Assembly: GCA_951406725.2 (NCBI GenBank)
Contig: OX597818.1
Location: 12,896,001 to 12,960,000, forward strand
Source of the DNA: Octopus vulgaris
Lineage: Eukaryota
Reading direction: 5' to 3'
Length of the DNA: 64,000 nt
Below are positions 14,188 through 27,769 of this stretch, one piece after another. The notes beneath the pieces are model-generated. The model did not search any database and had not been told where the DNA came from. It was given only the letters and a program-made list of their open reading frames with translations. Position 1 is the stretch's first letter. Every line of letters starts with the position of its first letter. The translations under genes were made by a program, and so were the position numbers.

Positions 14188-14799
14188 TATTTACAATATG
14201 ACATATACATGAATAAAAAAGATAATAATGAAACCGTAATTATGAAACATTTTCAAGGTTACTGTTTGAGTAGTTCCTGACAAATACTTGAAGAATGCTT
14301 GAAGAACAGCTAATAAAATTGGATATTTATGTGCCAGTAATTTATATCCAAACATTCATATAGTGGTTTTTCACTAAATATTTTTGAAAAACAATACTTG
14401 AAATAAATAGTTTCAAGTTAAATTTTTTTCTGAGAATTCCAATTCATATATGGAATATAAAGTAAATAAAAAGCAATACATTGTCCTGAATTTATTTTGT
14501 AATTTAGAGATATAATTACATAGATTTGATAGAAAAAGTCATCAGATTTTCCCATCTCCTTATATATCTACAGCAATATATTGCTGTAGATATTTTTGAA
14601 ATTTAACTTTAAAGAGCAATGTTTAGAATAAGTCGTTTTCAAGTATTTTATGTGAAGCTGGGTTTGTATTTGAGAGAAAACATATGCGAATCAGTAAATA
14701 ATTTGTATGTATGATTATATCTATGTTGATTTATTTGTTGCTTCAGTTTTTATGTCAGTGACACAATGGTATCGAAGTTGTTAGAATGAGGAATACTAT

Positions 14800-15680
14800 T
14801 TCGCCAATAATAAAATTTAACGAAACATGTTAATCTGTCTTGTTTCATAATATTTGAGCATGGCTATTGCAGATTATATACATTCAAGTGGACTGGAGCA
14901 AATGTAGAAATAGACTTTGACAGTCTAATACATAATGAATGACAAGCGTTATAGGAAAATGCATCAATTTTCAAAATTATATGCGTTGCAGTGATTATAT
15001 TAGAGAAATGTTCGAATTGGAATATTATGCTATAAAATTACAGGCGCATCGTAGACGGAGCAAAACTGAGAAAACAAAAGCACTTACAACAATGGCTTAG
15101 AATTATTTAATAGTGTTTTTCACTTCCAAGTATGAATGCATACATACGTTTCAATAAACAACTCGCAAATATCTTATGATATCTACTGATATGCATGCTT
15201 TTAGGGTTAAAAAATTATGACAAATCTATATAAGTATCCATTTATATGTTGCTTATCTAACCTAGGCTATAACAATAATTTTATTAAATTGGATCAAAAC
15301 GTAGATGACACAACAAACTATTGAACGGTATTATATTCTACTTAGGGTTGCATATTTTCCAAATATTTCGTTTTGAATATATACCTAATTTATAAATCTG
15401 TATACCCTGTAATTGTATGGTTATAGGTGTTACAGTGGGGCACTTTCGAAAACATTGGTTTAAATATTGACGTAAAAATAGCCAAGTATATCAAGGAATG
15501 CTGCATGAAAATTGACCATCGATATAGTAATAAAATAGATAAATTGGTTCAGGAATGTATATAAATGTCCAGATTCAGTTATTTTGTTTCATTAGCTATC
15601 ATACTGCCTTCCTACTGCATTATTGATTCAGTGTTAATAGAAATACACCAAGCACTTTGTATCGTGAATAATATTTTCCA
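14800..15680 (+). pseudogene. Putative protocadherin relic C (EC1-EC2 only)
   Basis: QFSKL (cf. RFSQL), IVDGAKL..TYNNG (15048; cf. TLDAESLCKYNTE), MISTDMHAF (15176; cf. VIVEDVNDH), LDQNVD (cf. IDKDVG), NIDVKI (cf. RLDREV). Weak individually. Confidence 0.3.
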
Positions 15681-15699
15681 AATCTATTTTGACAGGTGT

Positions 15700-15800
15700 G
15701 TATACATATATATATATATACATGTGTACGTGCATACATACATACATACATACATACATACATACATACATACATACATACATACATACATACATACATA
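15700..15800. repeat. (TACA)n microsatellite
   Basis: Direct reading. Confidence 0.95.
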
Positions 15801-16515
15801 GAAATAAGAACCTACAGCATGGTTGAAGCCATAGTCACTCATAATAAAAAGAAGTAATGGTGGAATGTACCAGTTAATACCTAAATAATATGTAAACACA
15901 ATAGACATGGAGAAGAGAAACTGTGTATAGTTGTGGAAATCAGATGCCTAGCAGATGTTAACATAAAGCTGAAGATCACTGAAAATGAGAATATCTACGC
16001 TGAACTTTTGAGAAATCTGCTGTTACTCTATCCAGATTACAAGTGTATGCCTGTAATTATTGGGACCCTGAGATATGTAACACACTGAATAAGTACCAAT
16101 CTTGAGAATTTAGGCTTCTCAAAATCAGATAGAAGAATGCGAATTCGATGACTACAGAGCCACGCCATCTTTGGAAGTGTAAAAATCTCTAAAACTTTCC
16201 AGAAGTTTATCATTAAGTATATAAGGTCATGTCTAGATATACAATTATATGCATGAGAAAACATGCATAAAACAAAACATACAAATCTGCACTTATACAT
16301 ATATTCATACATACACACATACATACATACATACATACATACATACATACATACATACATACATACATACATACACACATACATAACACACACATACATA
16401 ATTCATACATTCATTCATACATACATACATACAAAACTACCCCGTAGTTGATGTTGAACTTCCAAAGAAGGGACCTTGGATCTATTGGGAAGAAATTTTG
16501 AAATAAAGCTGAATA
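15800..16515 (+). mobile_element. 3' fragment of an RLE-type (R2-group) non-LTR retrotransposon
   Basis: Reads NIYAELLRNLLLLYPDYKCMPVIIGTLRYVT..LENLGFSKS..LQSHAIFGSVKISKTFQKF, a restriction-like endonuclease C-terminus. The 3' UTR contains (TACA)n and ends AATAAAGCTGAATAA. Confidence 0.7.
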
Positions 16516-16684
16516 ATGACATGCATACATATATATTTAATATTTAGGACTAACGGGTATATGTCGATTAGTGTATTGAAGTTGTGATTAGAGCACTGGC
16601 ACTTTTTGGGCTACCTGATATCATCCGTATTTGGGATATAGTTCCGTTAGATCTAATTCAAGAACTCCGCGGTGTTAGTTAAGA

Positions 16685-17275
16685 TAATAATAATTTCTTA
16701 AGTAACGAGAAGATGGATTTGGTAGTCATCATTATATTGTACAACGGTCGTTTCGACCCATCTTTCTATTGTCCTTTATGGACAGGACCCAGTTCAACAT
16801 GTGTTGCATCAATTTTGCAGTCTAGCCATTACGGCCTGCAAATATATCTCTCCCTTCTTTTGTCTTGTACCATTCCTCTGTCTTAAATCCAATGTAACTC
16901 AATCCATCCATGTCCATCAATTAACGTCCCCTACAAACTATAATTATTTTTATCAACATTTATTTGTCTACATTTACAAGTGCTTGCATCTCTTATTCAA
17001 GAAGGATAATAGTAATTGAAAATTGTAGAAATGCTTCATTCCCTAAATAGACTGACATATAACAACATGACAGCCAAAACACAGGACCTTTAGCGAGACA
17101 CGACTTTATATACATGGATGTACCGGAGGAGATCCAGACTGCAGAATTGATGCAATGAAACATGCTAAACAGAGTCCCACCCATTAGAGATCATAGCAGG
17201 ATGGCTCGAAACGACCGTAGTACGGAATAAAGATTAAAACCAAATCCATCTCGTTACTTAAGTAATTATTATAAC
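16685..17275. mobile_element. Short non-coding element with ~140-bp imperfect terminal inverted repeats (Penelope pLTR-like)
   Basis: 16685-16825 is the diverged reverse complement of 17135-17275; the right arm overlaps a hammerhead-like motif. Confidence 0.6.
17119..17224 (+). ncRNA. Degenerate type-I hammerhead motif (U4>G)
   Basis: TGTAC CGGAGGA GATCCA-65nt-TGGCTC GAAA CGACCG TA GTACG. Confidence 0.55.
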
Positions 17276-17352
17276 AAACATACACACACGCAACACACAT
17301 ACACACTCACACACACACACATACACACACATACACACACACATATATATGT

Positions 17353-18835
17353 ATTAGAGTTATTACTTTTTGATATTTTTAGAAGTAAATTTCCCGTATG
17401 GAATGTCGATGAACAGTTTCATATAAATAGGGAAAATATCTTTTAAGTTTTTTTTTAAAAAACGTCATCTCCAGCTGAAGAAATCTGACACCATTTTTTA
17501 CCTAAATCATGCAAAATTCTAGGCGGGTGTTCCTAATGCCTACTCAAGTTTTTATCAAACTTGGTGAGCTGCCTTAATGCAATGCAGAAGTAGTATATCT
17601 CAAATTTCAGCTTTCAATTTTAAGTAGTTTAGGAGTTTTAGAGCTTCTAATTTCTTACTGCATATGCTAATATTATATATATTGTATATATATACATTCA
17701 TCCTAGAGCTTCTAAGTAATTATGAGAAACTCTACGCTAATTTCAACAATGGTGAAGAAAAGATTACTGAATCAGCAGGTTAGCGAGATGACATGAAACT
17801 TCTATTTCCTTTGATCATTGTTTTTCGTTTCTTTGAAGAAACCGGTAAATTTCCTACTGTAAATTTTCGAAAAATACCCAACTGAAGTAATGCAGGATGG
17901 AATTCTAGAGCAATACTACCTCTTTTAGCATTTATTCTGCTATCAGAGCAAAGAGATTTGCTTCTCGATGTTTGTGGATTCATCTCTTACAGCTGGGCAG
18001 ATATTTGGCTTACTGACCAAATGTTCAATGCACTTGTTTATCAGATGTTATGTGGTAGCCTATGTGGTAGTTCATAATAAATCATTGAACTTTGTAAAAG
18101 ACATTTGAAGTTGAGAATCATCAAAACCTGGAAATTCCCAGAAAGAATGAGAGTGTAGAACGAGCAATCAAATGCCTTCATTATCTATATGATGTTTGTA
18201 AGGAGGAGAAACTTCAGCGTCGATATATTTTATTTAATAAAGCATATGATTTTTTGCTATGTTTAAATTTTTTTCTAATATTCAGCACCCTTTTCCTTAC
18301 AGAGTTATTTAAAATTGGAATTAAACCTATAAAATTAAAAATATTTAGCTTTATTTTTGCATGTTATCGAATGCTTGTAGTAGCCTCTGTGTTAAATTAG
18401 ACTAGTTTTGAACGTTTGCATAGAGCAAATTCAATACAGTAATCTTAAAAGTGTATAAATACACTACTATTCTACATCGCTCTTTCATTTACAAGGATTA
18501 GGCAGTAGAAATACTGAAGTGTGAATCTAGTGCAACCTAATGATTATAGATTTAAAAACCCATAACTCCGAAACTACTTCATTTAGAAAGCTGAAAATTC
18601 AGATATACTATTTCTGCATTGCGTTGAGTCAGCAGACCAAGTTTGGTAGAAACTTGAGCAGGCATTATGAACCTCACAAGAATCTTGAATGATTTGGGTC
18701 AAAAGTGGTGATCGATCTCTTAAGTCGGAGTGACGTTTTTTTGTTCAAATAAAGTAAAATATATGTTAGTTTCTTGGCTTTTAAAAAAGTATTCGTCGAA
18801 TAGGGTTATTAGGTTGTGACAAAGTCATAACCCTA

Positions 18836-18837
<2 letters not shown>
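17353..18837. mobile_element. Deleted DNA transposon with short TIRs and ~200-bp subterminal inverted repeats
   Basis: Ends ATTAGAGTTATTACTTT / AAAGTCATAACCCTAAT. 17455-17655 is the inverse of 18550-18745. Internal relic NESVERAIKCLHYLYDVCKEEKLQ (~18148-18220, +) resembles a DDE transposase C-terminus; superfamily not determined. Confidence 0.7.
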
Positions 18838-19045
<208 letters not shown>

Positions 19046-19127
19046 TGAGGGAATATTAATCCTAACTTACAGGGAAGAAATTCAATTTAGAAATACTAAA
19101 TCAAATTTCACACAATATAATATATAT

Positions 19128-19347
19128 ATGTAAAAAATTAGAAAGAACCACTTTTTATAAATTCAAAATGAACAATTAAATTACACCATCTAGAAAATTA
19201 CATATAAGAGAAATATTAAAACTAAAATTGCAAAAAAATAATAAAAACGTATATAATTGGTAGAATAACGTCACGTGTAATTTTCTAGATGGTGTACTTT
19301 AATTGTTCATTTTGAATTGATAAAAGGTGGTACTTTCTAATTTTATA

Positions 19348-19350
<3 letters not shown>
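19128..19350. repeat. ~75-bp inverted repeat pair
   Basis: 19128-19203 (AAATTAGAAAGAACCAC..CCATCTAGAAAATTACA) vs 19275-19350 (TGTAATTTTCTAGATGG..GTGGTACTTTCTAATTT). Confidence 0.85.
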
Positions 19351-19383
<33 letters not shown>

Positions 19384-20606
19384 TAAGTTACATTACTTCT
19401 TTAAAATTATACATTATATATTCACAACTATTGAACTTAACGTCCAACTAGAACCTTTGTAATTTGAAACTTGAATTCAAAAAACGGTTTGACACACAAC
19501 TAAGCCAAAAACGTCATGTTTCTACAGGTGTTCTCTTTCGTCAATGCTCCTACAACGTGATGTACAATACATACCACGTTTTAATACCCATATTATTAGA
19601 AAGAATACCAATATTCCTTCGTGTCGTATGCCGTTTGCATTAGATTTATTTATTGATGTTCGTTATTGAACGTAAACCTACTAAGATATGCCTGCGGGAA
19701 TGTAGTTATCTTCATAAATGTTAATAGTTGATTATATTTTATGTGCTTTAATACCAATTATATTGATTCTAGCTAATTTTCTGTAAATTAAGCGAAAAAG
19801 TTTAAAAGTACAATCGCGTTACTTATATTTCTATTAAGAATGCATTTGAGTTTTCTTATTGATTAATAAAATGATCTAAAGAGCTTAAATATGTAACTCC
19901 CGAATGAATGATACGTGTTACAGTTACAAAATTAAAATGATATCAGTGGATTTCAATTTTAATTCTATAGTATTCTTGAGAAACTAGTTCCAGTCTCTCT
20001 CCCCGAATTATCCGATAGTTTTGTTTCAAAATTACCGATATAAAGAAATTTCCTAAGGTTTTTAATTAAATCCTGCCTATCTCTGTGTAACCCATCCAAG
20101 ATTATGTCGACATATTTTCAGATGTTATAATTATCTTCACTTAAAAGTGGATGTTGTGTTAGGAGAAACTTTACCGCACTTTACTTTATCATAGGTCTAC
20201 TTCTGTGTAACCAGCTATTTGTCACACTGTGATATAATTTCACTGAGATTAAATTCTACTATTTTTATCAGAAGAAGCAACAACATCCAAGCAGATTAAT
20301 TGGCTGTTGAATAAACTATATTATTGAGACACACGTCAATTAATGTAAAATTTCCCGCAATTATACATGGCATTGAAAAATTAAGTCAATAAATAATATT
20401 TATTGCAGACAAAATTATAAAATTGTTAAAAATGGCTTGTTCTGCAGGTATATAATTAGCAACGCATCACATATATTAGAAATCGGGGGTACATTTGATT
20501 CACTTTGATACTTTGAAAATGTTAATAATATTGATCACATTGTTAATTCTCGAGCAACAATTCTTAAAGCTATTATGAGCAGCTTTCTCATCTAACGTTT
20601 CCACAT

Positions 20607-21400
20607 AAACTTCAGGTCGGCATCGATGATCAAGGGAAGCTTGGACCCATTAAATGCAACTACAGTCCCCGCCATCAGTGAAACTGGAGTCTGACGGCAT
20701 AAATGATCCCTGCTACCTTCGGGCAAGTCTCTGCACTACATGCATAAAAGCTCTCATTCTGCATGTTGTTAACGGAAGGTCTCGTCAGATCAGATCAACA
20801 CTTTTTAACGGTTTGCTTCATCTCAGCCAACAGGGGTTTACCCCTGTCAAGCCGTTTCTTCTTGGAAGCTGCTAGAATTAACTGCAGTTAGCTTTAAATC
20901 CTCCTTATATGTCCTGTGCATTGATGATTTCGAAGTATCAAGAGCTTTGCAGCTTTTCTTGCGCTTTTGCTGGATTTCGGTTCATTCAATTCTTCACAGT
21001 TTCAACAGTTTGTTACGTACGAATTGATCGTTTCCTATCAGGACTTGGCTTGCTAGAGATAGTAGCAGACTCCATATATCGTTTCCAGGTATTGAACTCT
21101 ATTTTCCGGCAAAAGTCCGTCTGTTTTTTGACCTTGTTGTTCACTCCAACAAGTGACAATCTGGTCCATTCTGCTTTCAACGCCATGTTTGTTTTCAAAC
21201 CTTTTATAGGCGAGCAAAACATTAGATATATGAACAAAATCATATGCAGATCTTTATGTAAAATACAAACTAAAATAATAATACAAACTAAACTAATAAT
21301 TGACCTATGAAAAATACTACATATGAAGCATCCATGCAATTCCTTAAGATTCTGAAATACTTTCCTAGGAATTCTGGAAATATGCAGCACGTGAAATTTT
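20607..21400 (-). mobile_element. Tc1/mariner-superfamily (maT/DD37D-like) transposase 5' half
   Basis: From ATG 21186 (-): FNTWKRYMES..DRKRSIRT..MNRNP.KSARKAAKALDTSKSSMHRTYKEDLKL..KKRLDRGK..LI*SDE..DLPEGSR..RQTPVSLM..NGSKLPL. Confidence 0.8.
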
Positions 21401-22579
21401 CTTCACATATATAGCAGTGGTGTTTCTAGTTAATAATAAAAACAAACGGTAGAGGATATGTCTAAGTTTAAAAGACTACGATGGTTAAACATTAGTGACA
21501 TACAATATAGATAAAGTAAACTTTAATACTTTCAAATAATGTAATTTGTCTTTAGCAGGTTTGGTATTTCTTCTAGCAAGACGGACACAATGGTTGATCT
21601 TGTTGCTATTGGTATTTAAAACTTTTTCATTCCTGATCAAATGAGTTCAGGCAAAGACCATGCCGTCTTCGTTGTTTTGATATAGTGTGATTAAGACTTA
21701 ATCGACTGCAAAGCCGATCAATGAAAGATTCGGGATTTAGAAGACGATGGTATATTGATATCAAATGTGATTTAATCGAAATCAATTGATACTCTAAATG
21801 ATCAATAATATTGGGGAAAATATTGCTTATTTCTATTAATGTTCCTTGTAAGAAAATAAACAACTGAAAAATCTCAATATGTTCTAGCGTATAACAAAAT
21901 GAGATGGCTAATAGTTATGTATTGACCGTTTCAACCAACGTATGAGTAACGAATAAGAACAAAACGAATAAATGTCAGAGATATTGTGTCATTCAGTATA
22001 CCTAGACATAATTTCTATAAACTGCCGGTAAACATAACTATTGATTTTATGTCGAATTGTTTTTCAGGAGGTCAAAGGCGCTGAAAGTAGAACAACTAAT
22101 TATTTAGTAATTATGAAGACAATAGTGTTTTTGTCAATAAACACAAAAAAAAATCTTACTCAATTTTATTCTATTCTGAAAATTATTTCGAATATCTAAG
22201 GATAATAACTTCACTAAAAACATTACAAAAGAATATAGTTTGCTATAAAAACAATGTTATGCATTGCCATTCAACGGATGGTCCAGCAATCTTCACAAAG
22301 TATAATGCACTGGTTTTCATATTGGTTTTATTCTAATTCCTATTCATTTAATTTGTGTGTCCTAGGCGATGATCAGGTGTAAATTTCGTTACACTTTTTG
22401 GATATTAGTATTCATCTATCGATTTATCGATTTGCAGATATTATTTCTTCTTTCTGTTTTCTAAATGTTGCAACACAGTATGGTATGGTATTACTTTTCG
22501 ATATTCAAGAAAATATTTCCTTTGAAAATTCTAATATTTTTTTAATGCAAATCGATAATTTGCGGTACTCATACAATTG

Positions 22580-22740
22580 CACTCGCATACACACATACAC
22601 ATACATACATACATAGATATATACACACACAGAGTCACACACACACACACCGTCACACATACACAGACACACATACACACGCACACACACTCAGACATAC
22701 ACACACACACACATATATATATATATATGTATATATTCAT
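22580..22740. repeat. (CA)n/(TA)n microsatellite
   Basis: Direct reading. Confidence 0.9.
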
Positions 22741-24277
22741 GGCTATGTACATTTTATAATTACGGTGAAAATAGTTACAGAATATATATCAAAGAATTTT
22801 ATTTCTCAACAGTCAAGAGAATAGTCTCGATTTGAAAGATTTCTCGTCTTCTTAAATATTCATAAGGCAACGTATCCTCATTTCGTCCATAGAAAGGTCA
22901 GTAACTTAATGTTATTTATGGTGGTAACAAACATCGGGCGAGAACTGCTGTAGTATTTTTTTTTACAGTAATTACACTTGAAATTTATTATTAATTATTT
23001 GTTTGCATAAAACTAAAATGAGGTAAGGAATATAACTCCCGGAAGAGAGTAGGATGTCTTTGTACAGAGAAAACAAATCAGGCTGTATTAGGTACAATAT
23101 AATATAAATATTTGATGTTTCCGAAGTCATCTCCGTTTCGAAAGGAGCTAGGACAACTACATAACAACAGTTGGGATCAATGTCAAATGAATTATGAATA
23201 CATTCAAAGACTCGATGATTCTGAAACAGAGTCATGCCAGAAATGTAAGCACTGCTGAGAATTGCCGGATTATATGGACAGTTATACACCTATTTTTCTT
23301 TTTCAATATGCATCATCAGCCCAACTGTTGTTTTACATTATGTTCTGCAGAAAGGATACTTAGTTACTTACAAAAGAAGAGAAGTATAATGTTTTAGCAT
23401 AATTCCAGCTACAAGAGATAAGGTAGGACAACTGTGCCGATGACGCCTATAGAGGTACAAACACAATTTCAAGCTCATTATTCTGCTGTCATCATAATTA
23501 TAGCACATTAAATCAATTCGTTGTACTACATTAAAGCAAACAGAGACAATTACACATAAAGCTCAATGATGCTGGTAAGCTCTCAGGCAAATGATCGCGG
23601 TTCTTTTACTGACTAAATTAATACGACACAGCGAATTAGGTTAGTTAGTGACCTTAGCATTGGATGTCAGCGACTCATATACGGTGATATATATTTTCTT
23701 ATACCAATATTAAATTTTCCTCTTTTTCTAATAAATCATTGACAATTACTTCGAAATATTTATTGCTTGATGATAAATTTCACTTCAGAAATATATTATT
23801 TATTAGTAATAGAATGTGTCTGTTCACGTATGTGCGAACGAGGAGAGGATTTTAAAAAATGTGCCAAGTGGATGGAGAGTAGATGTCACACAAATCATAA
23901 TAGATACATGCATTAAGATATTAAAGAATGATATTTCTAATTTGTAAAACATCAAACTATATCCTACACATCTCTGCACGCATTCACACGAAAAGATTAA
24001 GATGTTTCTTTAATGGCTGCTTGCAATAATAGTATCCACTGTCTGATACAGAAGCCATCGGTTAATTTGCGAATTCTCAACAATTTTATAACCTATAAAT
24101 ATATCGTGATCGCTTCCATAACCTCAACACATACTGCAGGTATTATGCTACAAATGTAGATAAACCAGCATACCCCACGCACAACATTCCTTCGGACATC
24201 TGATTAGCACCTACGATTATCCAGCTCACAGTCGAATGAAGCTTGCAGTCAACCACTCAAAAGAGAGAAAAAAATTA

Positions 24278-24423
24278 ACGTGTGGTAAGAAGCTTGCTTG
24301 TCAACTACATGGTTCCGGGTTCAGTCCCACTGGGCAAGTGTCTCCTACTATAGCCTCGGGCCAACCAAATCCTTGTGAGTGGATTTGGTAGAGGTGAAAG
24401 ATGCACGTCGTATAAATATATAT

Positions 24424-24479
<56 letters not shown>

Positions 24480-24700
24480 GTATACATATGTGTGTGAGTG
24501 TGCACTTGTGTGTCTGTGTTTGTCCCCACCACTGATGTTGGTGTGTTTACGTCCCTGTTACTTAGCGGTTCGGCAAAAGAGACCGATTAAATAAGTAGTA
24601 GAATAAAGCATGGGTCAATTTCTTCGACTAAAGGTATTGCTCCAGCATGGCCGCAGTCAAATGACTGACACAAGTAAAAAGATAAAAAAATAAAACAATA
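24278..24700 (+). mobile_element. tRNA-derived SINE with internal (TA)n/(TG)n
   Basis: Head GTGTGGTAAGAAGCTTGC..GGGTTCAGTCCC, body GGGCAAGTGTCT.., tail CCAGCATGGCCGCAGTCAAATGACTGA then A-rich. Same family as 56803-56968. Confidence 0.85.
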
Positions 24701-25549
24701 AAAGAATGCAATATTTTTCCATTCATCCAAATTTATTTGGATTTTACTTCTTGCTGTCAGATCTCCTAATTCTAAGAAATGCTCACCTTTGATATCTAAA
24801 ACACATTACAGCTATCTCTTATGTTCTGTTAAAATGAAAACTAAAAATATCGTTTAAAATATGTTTTTAGATCTATTCATATACCAATGAATCATCACTA
24901 TTTATTCAGACTTATTCAGATTTAGTTTAAAAATAAATACACACGTTACATACACATTTATATAAATCTATATAAATATATGTGTGTATGAGCGTGTCTC
25001 TGTGTGTTATGTATACGTTTCATATAACATAGAAAGATTTAATGGAGTGTGTAATCAATGGAAACTTCTGAGAATAGAAAAGTTGTAACAGATCTGAAAG
25101 AGATAAACTTCGTTTGGATTTGACGGCCGTAACGTCATGAGAAGCTTTCCTTGCATGGCATATTACAACTGTTTCAACTCAATATGAAAAATCAGACATG
25201 TGCACACAAAGCCGGTTATAATTTGTTTTACTATTTATATAATTTTAAAAATGTGTAATAAACTGCAACACAAACATTTTTTGTTGTACCAATAATGGAT
25301 AAAATCATGTTAACGTCTGCACTTTCCAAGTCGCATATCTGCTTAATTTCTTGAAGACTAATACTAGCAAACCGACTGGTATACATGAAAGCGAAAAAGG
25401 AAAACCCAACAAATAACAATCTATGGCATGCTATCTATGTATAAGGCCGTAGCATCTGCAGATGAATGAGTTGTCTCCTCTCCTCTGCTAAAGTTTTCTA
25501 TTTGCATAAATACACACAAACACGCGTGCGAGGCGGCACCATACACATA

Positions 25550-25712
<163 letters not shown>

Positions 25713-27429
25713 AGGGATGTTCTCCTGGATCTTGAGAAAGGAATGACTAATGTTTAATTGATTTTGATTAAAAGGCCGCTCAAACTCTCAGTGGTATGAC
25801 TGCAATATATATTTGAATCTGATATGTTAATAACTCTTAGTATATCTATCCCATTTTGCTTCATACAAACTGTTTACTAAAACTGCTATTCCTTTATTCT
25901 TCAAAATATCTCATTGTACCAGTCTTGGAGTCGACATGTCATGGTTAGTGGAATAAACTTATTGGTCACGAAATTGCAAATAAAGAGTAAATTATATAAC
26001 GAAGTAATGAGAGGTAATAGTGTGTGAGTTCGTAGAACACTCGTGAAATTGGTGCAATTAGTGTGCAGTGCTTCACATATTCTGAAAATATTCTCTGCAT
26101 GATAAATAGGAATGCCGACACCGAAACATGCTTTTCTCTTAGACGACTGTAAACATATTTACAACATCTATATTTAGATTCCTTTATACATATGATGGCA
26201 AAATATCCATAACGCACTATTCATAAAAGAGAACATTGCTGGGGAAATCTCAGCATTGGACTTTGTTTGAATTACAAAATGGAAACCCACTGAAACTACC
26301 AACATCAGGTAATGACCCGGAATAATTATGTATCTTCATATATCTGTAGACTGGGAAACAACAGATAAAGACATTCATCCGATCTCATTACCTTATACTA
26401 CGTGGGGCTAACTATGCTGGTATGACATAGGTGGAAAAACAATGCATTAAAATTATGGAACTATAGAAGTTTAACCGAAAAGAGGTAGGATAAACATATA
26501 CGGTTTATGGATCTTGAGGATGATAAAATATCATAATGTAGGATATACAAATGTATGTAAAAAGGAATAGCTAGGCTAATCGTTCTGATATTTTAATGAA
26601 GGGTACGAGGGAACAAACAACTTCCTAATTGTCAATAATAGTATTCCAGATTGCTACCCTAACAGAAATACTAAAATTATCCAAAAATAGTGATGAAACA
26701 AGAATATGAGAAATCACAGCAATTTTCTTATGAATCTTGAAGACAATTAAACGAGATAAACGACGCAAACAGATATCTAAATGAGACACAACGTCTAATA
26801 TATTTACGTAACGTAAACTGAGTTAAACTAAGAATTTCACCCGTTTACAGCAGTCTTACTTTGATAGTAAAAGGAAACAAAAACATGAAATTTGCTCGTA
26901 AACAGCTTTCAACGCCAGCTCATGTGTTTATGTCTGCATTCTGCATCAATCACGTGTATCTTGGTTTAGTAGATTTCTTCTGTCATTTTTATATCATTAA
27001 TCTTATCAAAAGTAAAATTGTACTTTTAGAAAAAACAAACTCTAGCCTGAAATCATTGCTAAACATTCTCGTTGCCTCGAGAGGAATATATGCTTTTCGA
27101 TTTGTCTTGCAGTGAAATTTACTCTTCTCACGAAAGAATCGTATTTGATTGACTATCAGATGTTTTTTTCAAATGCTGTATCCAGGTTTTATTTGTTCTA
27201 GATCTGAGAGAGGGTTTAGAGCAATGACACTGAAGTGAGCTTTATGGCACACGGACATTAAATTTACACTGATTTAATTAGGTATTCCCATGTGGATGAC
27301 GGCTAGCTGCCGGTTATACTTCTCAGTCTCATGTACCTATGATGATATACATGTAAATTTGGACATGATAATACGGCTTCTATGCATACACAAAGGCATA
27401 AGCACCAACATGTATAAGCATAACTGTAA

Positions 27430-27434
27430 GCGTA

Positions 27435-27491
<57 letters not shown>

Positions 27492-27594
27492 GTATTATGT
27501 ATGTATGCATATATATATATGCACTAACAAATCACTCTATATATATTTATGCATATGTATATAGATATGTATATATGCATATATATATACATAC

Positions 27595-27648
<54 letters not shown>

Positions 27649-27650
27649 AT
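27430..27650. repeat. (TA)n/(TG)n compound microsatellite
   Basis: Direct reading. Confidence 0.9.
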
Positions 27651-27769
27651 AATCGGGATTTATTGAATAGATCGAGGCAGATCAAAACTGAGGCACACTG
27701 TGCATTAAGACAAAATGACACAAATCAATGGCTAAACGATCCACTCTTGTAATGAATGAACTAATTATC

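Larger units (their letters stand above)
19600..23700 (+). pseudogene. Putative protocadherin relic D (EC1 to TM), interrupted by a maT element
   Basis: LDLFIDV..ERKPT..GNVV (19640; cf. VDLTYHVKEGKSPGTYIGDIA), KITDIK (20028), TMVDLVAI (cf. AMVLVNVI), KIRDLEDD and IKCDL (21725-21774; cf. KVTDHDAG..VTCDL), KATYPHF (22864; cf. NATDPDL), PGRE*DVF (cf. LDREQQDVY), DNC..RGTNTIS (cf. KDSG..SATTTLS). Confidence 0.4.
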
